Shown here one piece after another: positions 47,527 to 57,869 of a stretch of DNA of 57,869 nt. The notes under the pieces were generated by a model, which did no database searches, was not told where the DNA came from, and worked only from the letters and a program-made list of their open reading frames with translations. The stretch lies in contig CAZCKO010000006.1 in the NCBI GenBank assembly GCA_964499275.1, positions 1 to 57,869 of the forward strand, given 5' to 3'. Numbering within the stretch: position 1 is the first letter of the stretch; every line of letters begins with the position of its first letter. The position numbers were made by a program, and so were the translations under genes. The DNA comes from an uncultured Rhodospirillaceae bacterium. GTDB lineage: Bacteria; Pseudomonadota; Alphaproteobacteria; MPNO01; UBA2964.

Positions 47527-48741
47527 ATGGATTACGAGAGATTTTTCGGTGAGGAGATAAATAAGCTCAAAGCGGAGGGAAACTACCGCGTATTTGCTGA
47601 GCTAGAACGCCATGCCGGCTATTTTCCAAATGCCAGCCGTCATATCGATAACGAAAAAAATGAAGTCACGGTCTGGTGTAGTAACGACTACCTCGGGATG
47701 GGGCAACATCCAGATGTCCTGGCAACTATGAAAAATACGATCGACCAGGTTGGCGCTGGCTCCGGGGGAACACGAAATATTTCGGGTACAACTCATCAGC
47801 ACGTCGTTTTGGAAGGAGAACTAGCTGACTTGCATCGTAAAGAAGCGGCACTCCTCTTAACGTCCGGCTATGTTGCCAACGATGCGGCACTCTCGACGCT
47901 AGCTTCCCAAATCCCGGACTGTGTTCTCCTCTCCGATGAATACAATCATGCCTCAATGATCGCGGGAGTACGTCATAGTGGTGCCGAAAAGCGAATTTTC
48001 AAACACAATGACGTGAAACACTTGGAACATCTGCTTAAAGCAATTGAACCAGAACGCCCAAAAATCATTGTATTTGAATCTATTTATTCTATGGATGGGG
48101 ACATAGCGCCCATTGCCGAAATTTGTGACCTCGCTGATGAACACAAAGCTATGACATATATTGATGAGGTTCATGCGGTTGGAATGTATGGACCTCGAGG
48201 AGGTGGCGTTGCCGAACGTGAAGGCCAAATGGATAGGATCACAATCATTCAAGGAACACTGGCAAAAGCATTTGGTGTTGTGGGGGGCTATATTACCGGA
48301 TCGGGGCCAGTAATCGATTTCATCCGCTCCAAGGCGAGTGGGTTTATTTTTACTACTTCCTTGCCACCAGCTGTTGTGGCCGCTGCGACGACTAGTGTCA
48401 GATATCTTCGGGATCACGGACATAGTAAACGTAAAGAACATCAGGAACGGGTGGCGACACTTAGACACCTTTTGTCCAAGGCTGGTTTGCCCGTTATGCC
48501 CTGCGCTTCACATATAGTTCCCGTTATAGTTGGGGATCCGATAACGTGCAAACAAGTAACGGATGATCTCTTGGATCGATATGGAATTTATGTCCAACCA
48601 ATCAATTATCCAACGGTACCAAAGGGGACAGAGAGACTTCGCCTCACCCCCTCACCGATACATACTGATGAAGACATCGATCATCTTGTAAATGCGCTTA
48701 TTGAAATTTGGGGTAGGCTCGCTCTTAAATGGGCAGCCTAA
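47527..48741 (+). CDS. hemA: 5-aminolevulinate synthase
   Basis: [40 protein letters not shown]; start MDYERFF. Confidence 0.96.
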   Translation: MDYERFFGEEINKLKAEGNYRVFAELERHAGYFPNASRHIDNEKNEVTVWCSNDYLGMGQHPDVLATMKNTIDQVGAGSGGTRNISGTTHQHVVLEGELADLHRKEAALLLTSGYVANDAALSTLASQIPDCVLLSDEYNHASMIAGVRHSGAEKRIFKHNDVKHLEHLLKAIEPERPKIIVFESIYSMDGDIAPIAEICDLADEHKAMTYIDEVHAVGMYGPRGGGVAEREGQMDRITIIQGTLAKAFGVVGGYITGSGPVIDFIRSKASGFIFTTSLPPAVVAAATTSVRYLRDHGHSKRKEHQERVATLRHLLSKAGLPVMPCASHIVPVIVGDPITCKQVTDDLLDRYGIYVQPINYPTVPKGTERLRLTPSPIHTDEDIDHLVNALIEIWGRLALKWAA

Positions 48742-48797
48742 TAAATTAACCACATCATATTGAGCACTCATTAAGGGCTAATGTTGTTAAACGTTTT

Positions 48798-49337
48798 ATG
48801 ACAATTACAAGCGATCCTCCAGACTTTATACTTCCCGATCTTCTAGCTCCTGATTTAAATATTGTTTTTTGTGGAAGCGCCGCAAGTACTGTATCGGCAG
48901 CAAAAAAGGCATATTACGCTGGTCCGGGAAATAAATTTTGGGCGACTATTTATGAAGTAGGTCTTACTCCCCGAGTATTATTACCCCAAGAATATCCTGT
49001 CCTCTTAGAGTTTGGTATCGGCCTAACTGATTTGGCCAAACAAGCCTATGGAAGCGATCGATCAATACCAAATGATGCAGACAATCCAGAGCGCCTTCAT
49101 AAATTAATAATAGGATTAAAACCAAAAGTGATGGCATTTGTTGGCAAAAGATCCGCGAAGGTCTTTTATAATATGAAATTTGGTTTAAAAAATATGAATT
49201 ATGGACATCAAAATAAATTCATCGGCCAGACAGCCCTTTACGTCCTACCCTCACCGTCGGGTCTAGCTAACCGATACTGGGATACTGAACCCTGGCAAGA
49301 CTTAGCACAGTCTGTAAAAAATAATTTAAGCTATTAG
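48798..49337 (+). CDS. mismatch-specific uracil/thymine DNA glycosylase (Mug family)
   Basis: LPDLL..DL.IVFCG, YA.PGNKFW, GIGLTDL, LPSPSG. Confidence 0.88.
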   Translation: MTITSDPPDFILPDLLAPDLNIVFCGSAASTVSAAKKAYYAGPGNKFWATIYEVGLTPRVLLPQEYPVLLEFGIGLTDLAKQAYGSDRSIPNDADNPERLHKLIIGLKPKVMAFVGKRSAKVFYNMKFGLKNMNYGHQNKFIGQTALYVLPSPSGLANRYWDTEPWQDLAQSVKNNLSY

Positions 49338-49799
49338 AAATTCTGCCTCCACTTCTATGGCTACATTAAACGGCATTGATGAAACACCAGCCACTGTGCG
49401 AGCATGAGAACCAATTTCCTGGCCAAAGACTTCAACCATTAATTCAGATGCTCCATTCACAACAGCCGCAACTTCAGCAAGGTCCGAAGTTGCGTTGACA
49501 TAGCCTTTTAGCTTGGCCACCTTGGTAACTCTGTCGAGATCACCATCTAATGCCTTCTTTGCGTGGGCAATAACATTTAGCGCAGACATCCGTGCTGCCT
49601 CGTAACCTTGTTCGATGGAGAATTCCCTCCCTACTTTCCCTATATATGGCATCTCGCCGTTCCATTGTGGTACCTGACCAGAAATATATAGGAATGGGCC
49701 CGCTATATTAGACCCTTTTATTTTTGCAACCCTTGGTTCCAGTGCATCCGGTAATAAAATTCCCAGCTTTCGAATCCTATCTTCAACTATATTTGGCAT
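49326..49799 (-). CDS. RidA/YjgF family protein
   Basis: YISGQ, NGASEL, HART..GV..MP.N..IEVE. Confidence 0.88.
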   Translation of the reverse strand: MPNIVEDRIRKLGILLPDALEPRVAKIKGSNIAGPFLYISGQVPQWNGEMPYIGKVGREFSIEQGYEAARMSALNVIAHAKKALDGDLDRVTKVAKLKGYVNATSDLAEVAAVVNGASELMVEVFGQEIGSHARTVAGVSSMPFNVAIEVEAEFLIA

Positions 49800-49932
49800 C
49801 GTGTACTCCTTCGTTACTATTTAATTAAATTATCTTAATTGGGTATCCGCTGATAGATTATTAACTATATTTTGGTATAGTTTTTTTTACACTTAGGTTC
49901 CTGTGCCCAAGAATTAAATTTATGGCAGAGTT

Positions 49933-50145
49933 ATGAGTATTCCTTTAAAACGTTCAGTTGTTATTTCTGGGCATCAGACGAGCGTCTCCCTTGAAAAGCC
50001 TTTTTGGGAGGCTTTGAACCAAATAGCTACAGACCGAAATTTATCAATAAATAGGTTAGTTTCTGAAATAGACCACGGGAGAGAGAGTAATTTATCCTCC
50101 GCATTGCGCGTATATGTTCTCAATACATTAAAAAATAAAGGCTAG
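49933..50145 (+). CDS. ribbon-helix-helix domain protein
   Basis: KRSVVISGHQTSVSLE..FW..L...NLSSALRV. Confidence 0.88.
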   Translation: MSIPLKRSVVISGHQTSVSLEKPFWEALNQIATDRNLSINRLVSEIDHGRESNLSSALRVYVLNTLKNKG

Positions 50146-50218
50146 TATCTCGCCTTTCAAAAACTCGAAAATATCGGGGTCTCCCGACGCCCTCAACATT
50201 ATCTATTAATTTTTGAAT

Positions 50219-51589
50219 TTAATTGGTTAGTCTTACAACTTTACCAGGGTTCATTATATTTTCTGGATCGAGGGCACGCTTTAAGTTGTGCATGATATCC
50301 AACGCATCACCAAATTCTTCTTCCAAATATTTTTGCTTGCCCATACCAACGCCATGCTCGCCTGTACAGGTGCCCTCCATAGCAATAGCACGCGAGATCA
50401 TACGCTCATTAATCCGTTGTGCGTTAAGAAAGTCTTCGGGACATTCAGGATCAATCAAGAAAATAACATGAAAGTTGCCATCGCCTACATGCCCCAAAAT
50501 TGTCGCAGTCGCTGAGCTTTTATCAATATCTAAACGTGTTTTTTCTATACATTCGGAAAGCCTAGAAACGGGAACGCAAACGTCTGTCGACCAGGCCTGC
50601 GCGCCCGGTTTTAATGCCAGTGCCGCATATAAGGCATTATGACGAGCGTGCCATAGTTGATTGCGCTCTTCTATTTTTTCTGCCCATCGAAAACTTTTCC
50701 CTCCAAAATCCGTAGCTATTGACTGTACTAGCTCCGCCTGCTCACGAACGCTTGCCAACGACCCATGAAATTCCAAAAATAATGTAGGGGATACCTCATA
50801 ATTTAGAGAAGAATATTGGATACATGCTTGCATCTGCAGTTTGTCCAACAGTTCAACCCGAGCAACCGGGATGCCGGATTGTATTGTTAAGACAGAACAA
50901 TCTACCGCCGATTCTACAGAGGGAAACGAACAAACCGCAGAGGTGATCGACTCTGGAATACCATGCAAACGAACCGTAACCTCGGTGATGACCCCCAACG
51001 TCCCTTCTGCACCGACAAACAAACGTGTTATATCATAACCCGCCGCCGATTTTCTGGCTCGGCCACCTGTCTTTATAACTTCACCATTTGCCAAAACAGC
51101 TTTTACGTTTAAAACATTTTCACGCATGGTGCCGTATCTAACTGCATTGGTGCCCGATGCCCTAGTAGAAGCCATACCCCCAATGGTCGCATCTGCACCA
51201 GGGTCAATAGGGAAAAATAGACCCGTATCACGCAGGTATGAATTGAGCTTCTTACGAGTAACCCCTGCTTCCACGATGGCATCCAGGTCTTTGTCATTAA
51301 CTCGAAGAATATTATTCATTCTCGACATATCAATACAGATACCACCATGCACGGCCCCAATACCGCCTTCAAGAGAGGTTCCCGCGCCAAATGGAATTAC
51401 GGGCGTTTGATGCTTAGAACAAATTCTCACAATTTGTGAAATTTCCGCCTCAGAAATTGGGTGTACTACCGCGTCAGGGGCTTTTAGTGAGTGGTGTGAT
51501 TCGTCTTTAGCGAATTGCATTCTAGTCGCTTCAGCCGTCGATAGCCGATCGCCCAATAAAATCTTTAGATCATTTAGTAAATTGATCAA
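50219..51589 (-). CDS. FAD-linked oxidase, D-lactate dehydrogenase (cytochrome)/GlcD family
   Basis: PFGAGTSLEG, PIDPGADATIGG, GHVGDGNFH, TGEHGVG, NPGK. Confidence 0.9.
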   Translation of the reverse strand: MINLLNDLKILLGDRLSTAEATRMQFAKDESHHSLKAPDAVVHPISEAEISQIVRICSKHQTPVIPFGAGTSLEGGIGAVHGGICIDMSRMNNILRVNDKDLDAIVEAGVTRKKLNSYLRDTGLFFPIDPGADATIGGMASTRASGTNAVRYGTMRENVLNVKAVLANGEVIKTGGRARKSAAGYDITRLFVGAEGTLGVITEVTVRLHGIPESITSAVCSFPSVESAVDCSVLTIQSGIPVARVELLDKLQMQACIQYSSLNYEVSPTLFLEFHGSLASVREQAELVQSIATDFGGKSFRWAEKIEERNQLWHARHNALYAALALKPGAQAWSTDVCVPVSRLSECIEKTRLDIDKSSATATILGHVGDGNFHVIFLIDPECPEDFLNAQRINERMISRAIAMEGTCTGEHGVGMGKQKYLEEEFGDALDIMHNLKRALDPENIMNPGKVVRLTN

Positions 51590-51663
51590 AATAACTCACT
51601 CATTACCTAATTGTTACGTCATCCATTTTTACTTTCATCATCTAGGACCTTTAAACGATGCTC

Positions 51664-52068
51664 TCAGTCGAACATTACAATACAATCGATCTCGACATTA
51701 ACCCTAGGTCTATGAGGAATGCCGCCGATACAGGTTCGGGTAACTTTTTCGCCCTGCATGAATTCCGTAAAGGCAACATTGAATTTCGGAAAGTCTTCTA
51801 CGTTTCGTAGGCAAACACGCATATTCACAACGTTAGCGAAACTCGCACTGGCTTCATTGAGAATTTCCTCAAGGTTTTTCAACGTTTGCCGCGTTTGCTC
51901 TCCTATATCATCTGAGACAATCTCCCTAGTCTCAGGATCCAGCGCTACCTGCCCCGAAAGAAATAGCATATTGCCCCACCGTATTCCCTGAGCAAGTGGG
52001 GACGGCGTAGATTTATCAGTAAAGCCTGTCGTTGGGGTGTTCGCCGACGTTATAATTTTCTTGGGCAT
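51664..52068 (-). CDS. RidA family protein (candidate 2-aminomuconate deaminase)
   Basis: LFLSGQ, EQT.Q.L.N, RTCI, VEID; directly downstream of the 3-HAA dioxygenase. Confidence 0.8.
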   Translation of the reverse strand: MPKKIITSANTPTTGFTDKSTPSPLAQGIRWGNMLFLSGQVALDPETREIVSDDIGEQTRQTLKNLEEILNEASASFANVVNMRVCLRNVEDFPKFNVAFTEFMQGEKVTRTCIGGIPHRPRVNVEIDCIVMFD

Positions 52069-52082
52069 ATTTTAAAATCTCT

Positions 52083-52601
52083 TTAAATTTCAAAAGGGTT
52101 GGCCATTACACTTTTACATGAACGACAAGTCCGTCGTTCTAAGGAATTAAAAAAATTTTTATAAGCTTTAGAAACTGGATCTAACCGGTAATCACTGACG
52201 ACGAATTGTTCTTCATGCAAGAAATGATCACATTGGGGACAAAACCACTGAAACCTGTCTATTTCACCCTCTCTACGTTGACGCTCGATCACCAACAGAA
52301 ACGCATCAGGCGGAAAGCGGGGGGAGTGTGGAATACCGGCAGCCGTGTATATACTGCAACCTTCTTTTACAACCACAACATCTTCTTTTCCATCAGGTAA
52401 CCGATAGTGAAGTTTCATTTCTCCTTTGATCATGTACATGACCTCATCAGCCGGATCTATATGAAACTCGCTCCGATATTCCCGACCGCGAGCAACAAAA
52501 GCCAATGACTCGGGTTGCTGCCAAAGCACGCGCACTCTATCGCCCGTTTCTGCAAGTTCGGCTGCAATGGAATTCAAATCCCCTATCGGCATTGGCAACA
52601 T
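52083..52601 (-). CDS. 3-hydroxyanthranilate 3,4-dioxygenase-like protein
   Basis: R.EFHIDP.DE, PHSP, IERQR and rubredoxin-like CPQC...CRSC. Confidence 0.82.
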   Translation of the reverse strand: MLPMPIGDLNSIAAELAETGDRVRVLWQQPESLAFVARGREYRSEFHIDPADEVMYMIKGEMKLHYRLPDGKEDVVVVKEGCSIYTAAGIPHSPRFPPDAFLLVIERQRREGEIDRFQWFCPQCDHFLHEEQFVVSDYRLDPVSKAYKNFFNSLERRTCRSCKSVMANPFEI

Positions 52602-52629
52602 TAGTAATCTCCTTAACTCACTCTGCGGT

Positions 52630-53418
52630 TTAGATCCGCGTCGATACCGAAGTGATATCGGCAACAAACATATGACCCGGCGCATGGGTAATTGCTAGCG
52701 GTGGCCTGGCATTGGCAAGTGCGATTTGTGGTGTAACACCACATGCCCAAAATACTGGCACTTGTCCATCCTTGATAGTTACAGGCTCCCCAAAATCGGG
52801 TTGGTCCAAATTCTTGATCCCGAGGACACTTGGCTCTCCGATATGCAGTGGGGCTCCATGTGCCATAGGGTAATGTTTAGTAATACCTGCGGCACGCTCG
52901 GCCTCCTCCGCTGTGAATGGGCGCATTGACACCACCATTGTACTTTCAAATCTACCTGCAACTTTGCACGGGACTGAGGTGCGATACATCGGAACAAAAC
53001 CAGTTTCTGCAATATGCGGTAACAAAAGACCTGCTTCCAATAGGGCTTCTTCAGCAATAAATGAACAACCCAACAAAAATGTAACTAAATCTTCTTCCCA
53101 TAAATCTGTAACATCAAAAGGCTGGTCTACAAGAGCGCCATTAAGAAAAACATTATAGCGGGGTAGGTCTGTTCTAACATCTGCACCGGACGCTATTACT
53201 TGTGTTTTAAAATTGCCCTTTGGTAATTTTTCTAAAATAGGGCAAGGCTGGGGGTTCAATACACAAAATTTCTCGAAATCTTTCGCGTAGGCTTTAGGGA
53301 GGATCACCATATTCGCTTGCACAAAGCCCGGCGCATGACCCGAGGTTGGCCCAGCAAATGTTCCGTCACGGCAGCCGGACCGGATTATTGTAGGAGAAAG
53401 CGGATTAAATTTCTTCAT
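52630..53418 (-). CDS. putative hydro-lyase / D-glutamate cyclase-like (DUF1445)
   Basis: TSG.APG.VQAN, NP.PCP, LGCSF, HGAP, FWACGVTPQ, THAPGHM. Confidence 0.88.
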   Translation of the reverse strand: MKKFNPLSPTIIRSGCRDGTFAGPTSGHAPGFVQANMVILPKAYAKDFEKFCVLNPQPCPILEKLPKGNFKTQVIASGADVRTDLPRYNVFLNGALVDQPFDVTDLWEEDLVTFLLGCSFIAEEALLEAGLLLPHIAETGFVPMYRTSVPCKVAGRFESTMVVSMRPFTAEEAERAAGITKHYPMAHGAPLHIGEPSVLGIKNLDQPDFGEPVTIKDGQVPVFWACGVTPQIALANARPPLAITHAPGHMFVADITSVSTRI

Positions 53419-53534
53419 TATCCTATAGGCATACCTCAAAGAGTTGGAATTCGGAACCATTTCTTTGGAAACTTGAACCTAATTTCAAGCTACGTTAGAA
53501 ATTAAGGAAAGGGCAATTTCGGGAGAGAAATTCC

Positions 53535-54221
53535 ATGAGATTTGTAGACTATCCATCCCCGAATTTTGGCGATCGAGCTCGTGGTAGTGTTATAAATAAA
53601 CTGATTTTACATTATACCGGCATGCAAAATTCTGAGGTTTCGCTTTCTCGCCTTTGTGATAAAGCGTCAGAGGTGAGCGCTCATTATTTCATAGATGAGA
53701 GTGGTGAAATTTTTCGCCTTGTCCCGGAAGAAAAACGAGCGTGGCACGCTGGGGTTAGTTATTGGGCGGGAGAAACTGACATCAACAGCCAGTCAATTGG
53801 CATCGAACTACAAAACCCAGGCCATGAATGGGGTTATAGAAATTTTCCTGACCCTCAAATCTTAGCTCTTATCGAACTCGCAACTAAGATTCTATTGGAC
53901 CATAAAATACCCAAGAAAAACGTCTTAGGACATTCCGATATATCCCCCGAGCGGAAAGTAGACCCAGGGGAACTTTTCCCGTGGAAAAGACTAGCATTAA
54001 AAAATATTGGTTATTGGCCAAAATTAGAATTTAAAAAATTAGATATCAAATTATCAAATCAAGAAGCCAACCAAATTCTCTCTTTGATGGGCTACAACCC
54101 GAACTCATCTTTTCATGCAAAGCTCACCGCTTTTCAACGACATTATCGCCCCTTGAAAATAGATGGTTTTATGGACAAGGAGACGGCACACTTGCTCTCC
54201 GTTAGCGCGAAGAATACTTGA
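53535..54221 (+). CDS. N-acetylmuramoyl-L-alanine amidase (AmpD/AmiD family)
   Basis: SPNF, LHYT, SAHY, RAWHAG, SIGIE, GHSDI.P.RK.DPG, AFQRHY. Confidence 0.93.
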   Translation: MRFVDYPSPNFGDRARGSVINKLILHYTGMQNSEVSLSRLCDKASEVSAHYFIDESGEIFRLVPEEKRAWHAGVSYWAGETDINSQSIGIELQNPGHEWGYRNFPDPQILALIELATKILLDHKIPKKNVLGHSDISPERKVDPGELFPWKRLALKNIGYWPKLEFKKLDIKLSNQEANQILSLMGYNPNSSFHAKLTAFQRHYRPLKIDGFMDKETAHLLSVSAKNT

Positions 54222-54253
54222 CCTAGAAAACTTATACGTCCAAGTTCAGCCTG

Positions 54254-54641
<388 letters not shown>

Positions 54642-54910
54642 TTTTATAGTTTTGTTAGGGATTTTGATTCTAAGATGTTCGAAAGCGACCATATTACAGA
54701 CTATTCGAAAATCTGATTTTAGTAAGACGGACAAACCAATTGCTGCTTGGCGCTTAAATCCCTCAAAAAACCAAGTTTCGTGCAAACTTTTGCCTAATTA
54801 TTAAAATAATGTACCTAATAATATGCCAACCATTATGAATAAAAACCCAACTTAGTGTAATGAAATGACGGAATAGGACCAAAATGAGTATTAATTAATG
54901 ACAAATCATA

Positions 54911-54965
54911 CCATTAGTTTCCATTGACATCCCATGAAATCCCATTATAACCCATTATAGCCCAT
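54911..54965. repeat. 10-bp-periodic (C)CCAT repeats overlapping the dcw promoter; probable MraZ binding array
   Basis: CCAT at 54911 and 54921, CCCAT at 54931, 54941, 54951 and 54961; TTGACA at 54924 and TATAAC at 54946 lie inside. Confidence 0.75.
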
Positions 54966-55044
54966 AGATTAAATTGTGAATGCTATGCGGTTAAGAGGTC
55001 TCTTAAGGGGTAGAGACACCGCGGATTTTAAAACGGGGGTTTGG

Positions 55045-55515
55045 GTGACGTCTTTCCTATCCACTTTCATAAACAAGGTTGACCGTAAGGGTCGAGTGTC
55101 GGTTCCAGCACCTTTTCGTGCTGCATTATCCGATGCCAGTTATCAAGGCGTTATCGCCTACCCCTCCCTGAAAGACCCGGCAATCGATGTATTTGGTCGT
55201 AGAATTCTTGAAGAGCTGAACCAACGGCGATTAGACAAGACATTGTCTGAAGGTGAATTTGAACAAGCTTTACTCGGAACAGACACTATCGTCGATACTA
55301 TTATGGCAATGGCACACGAGCTACCGTTCGATGGAGAGGGAAGAATTTTACTGCCGGGTTTACTAGCAAAAGAGGCCGGAATATCGGACCGGGCTACTTT
55401 CGTTGGTCGAGGCACACGTTTCCAAATTTGGTCACCAGATAATTTCGAATCAAATCATACCAATGCAATAAAAACCCTCAGAGCCAAATTGAACAAAAAT
55501 AGGGCTGAAGCCTAA
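55045..55515 (+). CDS. mraZ: transcriptional regulator MraZ
   Basis: FLST..NKVDRKGRVSVPA.FR, D.EGRI; likely GTG start at 55045. Confidence 0.93.
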   Translation: MTSFLSTFINKVDRKGRVSVPAPFRAALSDASYQGVIAYPSLKDPAIDVFGRRILEELNQRRLDKTLSEGEFEQALLGTDTIVDTIMAMAHELPFDGEGRILLPGLLAKEAGISDRATFVGRGTRFQIWSPDNFESNHTNAIKTLRAKLNKNRAEA

Positions 55516-56498
55516 TGGTCGGCTCACACCGACCTGTCCTTCTAAAAGCGGTTATCGCCGCCATCAAGCCTCATCCACATGCGATCTATATTGACGGCAC
55601 GTTTGGTGGCGGTGGATATAGCCGAGCCCTACTTGGTTCAGCTAATTGTGAAGTATGGGGTATCGACCGAGACCCACAAGCTTGCATCCGTAGTAAAGCA
55701 CTTACAAAAGAATTTGAAGGACGCTTTAAAATCATTCACGGAAACTTTGGGTACATGGACCAGCTGCTAGCCGCACATAAAATTTCAAGAGTCGACGGCA
55801 TAATGCTCGACCTCGGTGTTTCATCTTTCCAAATTGACGATCCGAATAGAGGGTTTTCTTTCCGCCACGACGGGCCCCTCGATATGAGAATGTCAATAGA
55901 TGGACCAACCGCTGCAGATATAGTCAACGAAACCCCACAAAATCAACTGGCTGATATAATATTTAATTATGGGGAGGAGCGGCAATCCCGCCGTATCGCG
56001 AGCGCGATTGTCTCGGCACGCTCCAAATCCCCCATCGTGCGTACGTTAGAGCTCGCCAAGATCGTGAGAGATTGTTTTGCTCCAGTTAGACCAGGGGCCA
56101 AGACTATCGACCCCGCCACACGTACATTTCAGGCGTTGAGAATATTTATTAATGACGAATTAGGTGAGCTTGAAAGGGGTTTAACCGCCGCGGAATCCCT
56201 GCTTTGTGAGGGTGGGAGGTTAGCAGTTGTTAGTTTTCACTCACTTGAAGACCGAATTGTCAAAACATTTCTGCGTAATCGGTCGGCAACAGCCTCTAAA
56301 GGGTCCCGTCACAGTCCAGAAAATGAAACCGTAAAAGGTCCCTCTACATTTATTGAATTAAATCGAAGACCAATACGTCCTGAACAGCCCGAGACTATCA
56401 CAAACCCGAGAGCACGTTCAGCACGGCTTAGAACTGCAGAGCGCACCAATGCCAAGCCACAGATAATGGAACAGCATTGCTACGGAGATATCAAATGA
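55515..56498 (+). CDS. rsmH: 16S rRNA m4C1402 methyltransferase
   Basis: H.PVLL, DGTFGGGGYS, DLGVSS.Q, PLDMRM, SFHSLEDRIVK, NPRARSARLR. Confidence 0.97.
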   Translation: MVGSHRPVLLKAVIAAIKPHPHAIYIDGTFGGGGYSRALLGSANCEVWGIDRDPQACIRSKALTKEFEGRFKIIHGNFGYMDQLLAAHKISRVDGIMLDLGVSSFQIDDPNRGFSFRHDGPLDMRMSIDGPTAADIVNETPQNQLADIIFNYGEERQSRRIASAIVSARSKSPIVRTLELAKIVRDCFAPVRPGAKTIDPATRTFQALRIFINDELGELERGLTAAESLLCEGGRLAVVSFHSLEDRIVKTFLRNRSATASKGSRHSPENETVKGPSTFIELNRRPIRPEQPETITNPRARSARLRTAERTNAKPQIMEQHCYGDIK

Positions 56499-56854
56499 TC
56501 CGGCGCGCCACCTCATTTTGGATGTTCCTTGCTATCGCTGCTGGTATTGGGCTTTTTGTCCTGAAATATGAAGTCAAATCAATGGAGGAGAAGCTCGCCA
56601 AAATTCATGAAAAGACCCTAAATAATTTGGAAGCTACTCATGTTCTGAAAGCCGAGTGGAGTTATCTGAACCAGCCTTCCCAATTAGAAGACTTGGGGCG
56701 GCGTCTACTCGACCTCCAGCCTGTTGAGGCTTCCCAAACCATTCCTTTAGAAACTATTCCGTTGCGCCCTGTCCAAAAAAGTAGCGAAGGAACTCATCCC
56801 CCGGCGGCCGATCAGGTCCCCCCCCAGTTCGCCAAAATAAGGCGTGAACAATGA
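56495..56854 (+). CDS. ftsL: cell division protein FtsL
   Basis: Single TM segment, coiled coil, LKAEWSYLN.P; ATGA overlap with rsmH. Confidence 0.85.
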   Translation: MIRRATSFWMFLAIAAGIGLFVLKYEVKSMEEKLAKIHEKTLNNLEATHVLKAEWSYLNQPSQLEDLGRRLLDLQPVEASQTIPLETIPLRPVQKSSEGTHPPAADQVPPQFAKIRREQ

Positions 56855-57869
56855 TCGGCCGCCAACCCCTCTTTCCCAAAAAACGCAGGCGTGACCCGCC
56901 TGTTTCGTCAAATGTGGAAATGGGAAGGAGCCGCCTTCTTATTACAGGCGCAATCTTTTCTGTAGCCTTTATCGTTGTCACGGGTCGCCTAATTGGAGTG
57001 ACAATGTTTGTGGAGAAAAGCCCACCTCAATACTCACGATCGTCTAGTAAAGCTTTTCTTAATATAAGTCGTGCAGATATTGTTGATCGTCACGGAACCT
57101 TGCTGGCTACTAATCTGAGAACTGCATCACTTTATGCAGAGCCCCGTATTATATTGGACGCTAGAGAAGCTACTAATAAACTGACAAGTGTTTTACCCAA
57201 CCTAGATCGACATTTGATATACCAAAAACTAACGCAAGATCGACCCTTTACATGGATCCAACGCCACCTAACTCCACGACAAAAATACGAGATAAATAAG
57301 TTGGGTATTCCTGGGCTCGACTTTCACACCGAAGAGCGCAGAGTTTATCCAAACGCCACTTTAGCATCTCATATCCTAGGTCATACCGATATAGATAATA
57401 AGGGGCTGGCGGGTATCGAACGCCATATGGATACTCTACTGCGAAAAAATCAGGGACCCCTCGAACTATCGATTGACATTAGAATTCAACATATTTTGCG
57501 TAAGGAGCTTGCTTCCGCAGTAGGTGAATTTAAGGGGATCGGTGGCGCTGGGATAGTCATGAATGTCAGGAATGGCGAAGTTATGGGTATTGTTTCATTA
57601 CCCGATTTTGATCCAAATATCCCTGCTAATATTGAAGTGGATACACTTTTTAATCGTGCAACCCTGGGCGTTTATGAAATGGGTTCCACATTTAAGATTT
57701 TTACAACCGCAATGGCTTTGGATACTGATAGAATCTCCATACGTGACGGTTATGATGCAACCCACCCAATACGAATTTCTCGATTCATAATCCGTGATTA
57801 CCATGCACAACGGAGATGGCTTTCTATTCCTGAAATATTTATTTATTCATCAAATATCGGTTCCGTTAA
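56851..57869 (+). CDS. ftsI: peptidoglycan transpeptidase FtsI/PBP3, truncated by the window end
   Basis: Not in ORF track; manual translation shows a TM anchor, RADIVDR.G, R.YP, G.AGIE and the SxxK motif YEMGSTFK; ATGA overlap with ftsL. Confidence 0.93.
   Translation, partial: MIGRQPLFPKKRRRDPPVSSNVEMGRSRLLITGAIFSVAFIVVTGRLIGVTMFVEKSPPQYSRSSSKAFLNISRADIVDRHGTLLATNLRTASLYAEPRIILDAREATNKLTSVLPNLDRHLIYQKLTQDRPFTWIQRHLTPRQKYEINKLGIPGLDFHTEERRVYPNATLASHILGHTDIDNKGLAGIERHMDTLLRKNQGPLELSIDIRIQHILRKELASAVGEFKGIGGAGIVMNVRNGEVMGIVSLPDFDPNIPANIEVDTLFNRATLGVYEMGSTFKIFTTAMALDTDRISIRDGYDATHPIRISRFIIRDYHAQRRWLSIPEIFIYSSNIGSV

Noticed and set aside
54911-54965. Repeat array as a CRISPR or VNTR
   Set aside because: Units are only 4-5 conserved bases at 10-bp spacing, with no cas genes
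54991-55006. CtrA box upstream of mraZ
   Set aside because: TTAA-N8-TTAA, not the N7 spacing; more likely a small leader hairpin

Overview
Moderately AT-rich alphaproteobacterial chromosome segment (Rhodospirillales-like; inferred from the non-zinc DksA, Shemin-type hemA, type A RNase P RNA and mraZ-rsmH-ftsL-ftsI order). About 12-37 kb is an aromatic-acid catabolism region: ligJ, ligI-like lactonases, benzoate-CoA ligase, 3-hydroxybenzoate 6-monooxygenase, boxB and boxC without boxA, two tandem atypical CoA ligases, a VanA-like Rieske oxygenase, a UbiD enzyme of the phthaloyl-CoA decarboxylase type, a TctC-type binding protein and a 4,5-dihydroxyphthalate decarboxylase-like protein. The best candidate for a new system is a CoA-ligase-driven hybrid route (aromatic dicarboxylate -> aryl-CoA -> prFMN decarboxylation -> benzoyl-CoA -> Box epoxidation) without the CoA transferase used by characterised denitrifiers. 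The window also holds an acyl-CoA cluster with a Cys-less thiolase-fold protein and a zinc-free DUF35 partner, a RadD-like helicase, nrdAB with NrdR/DnaA boxes, MntR plus an MntX-like transporter, a two-subunit formate dehydrogenase/Moco cluster with a ModE box and a GIY-YIG insertion, rnpB, and the dcw cluster start with 10-bp-periodic MraZ-type repeats. No mobile element, CRISPR, rRNA or tRNA was seen. All family calls come from motif recognition and recall, not from database searches.
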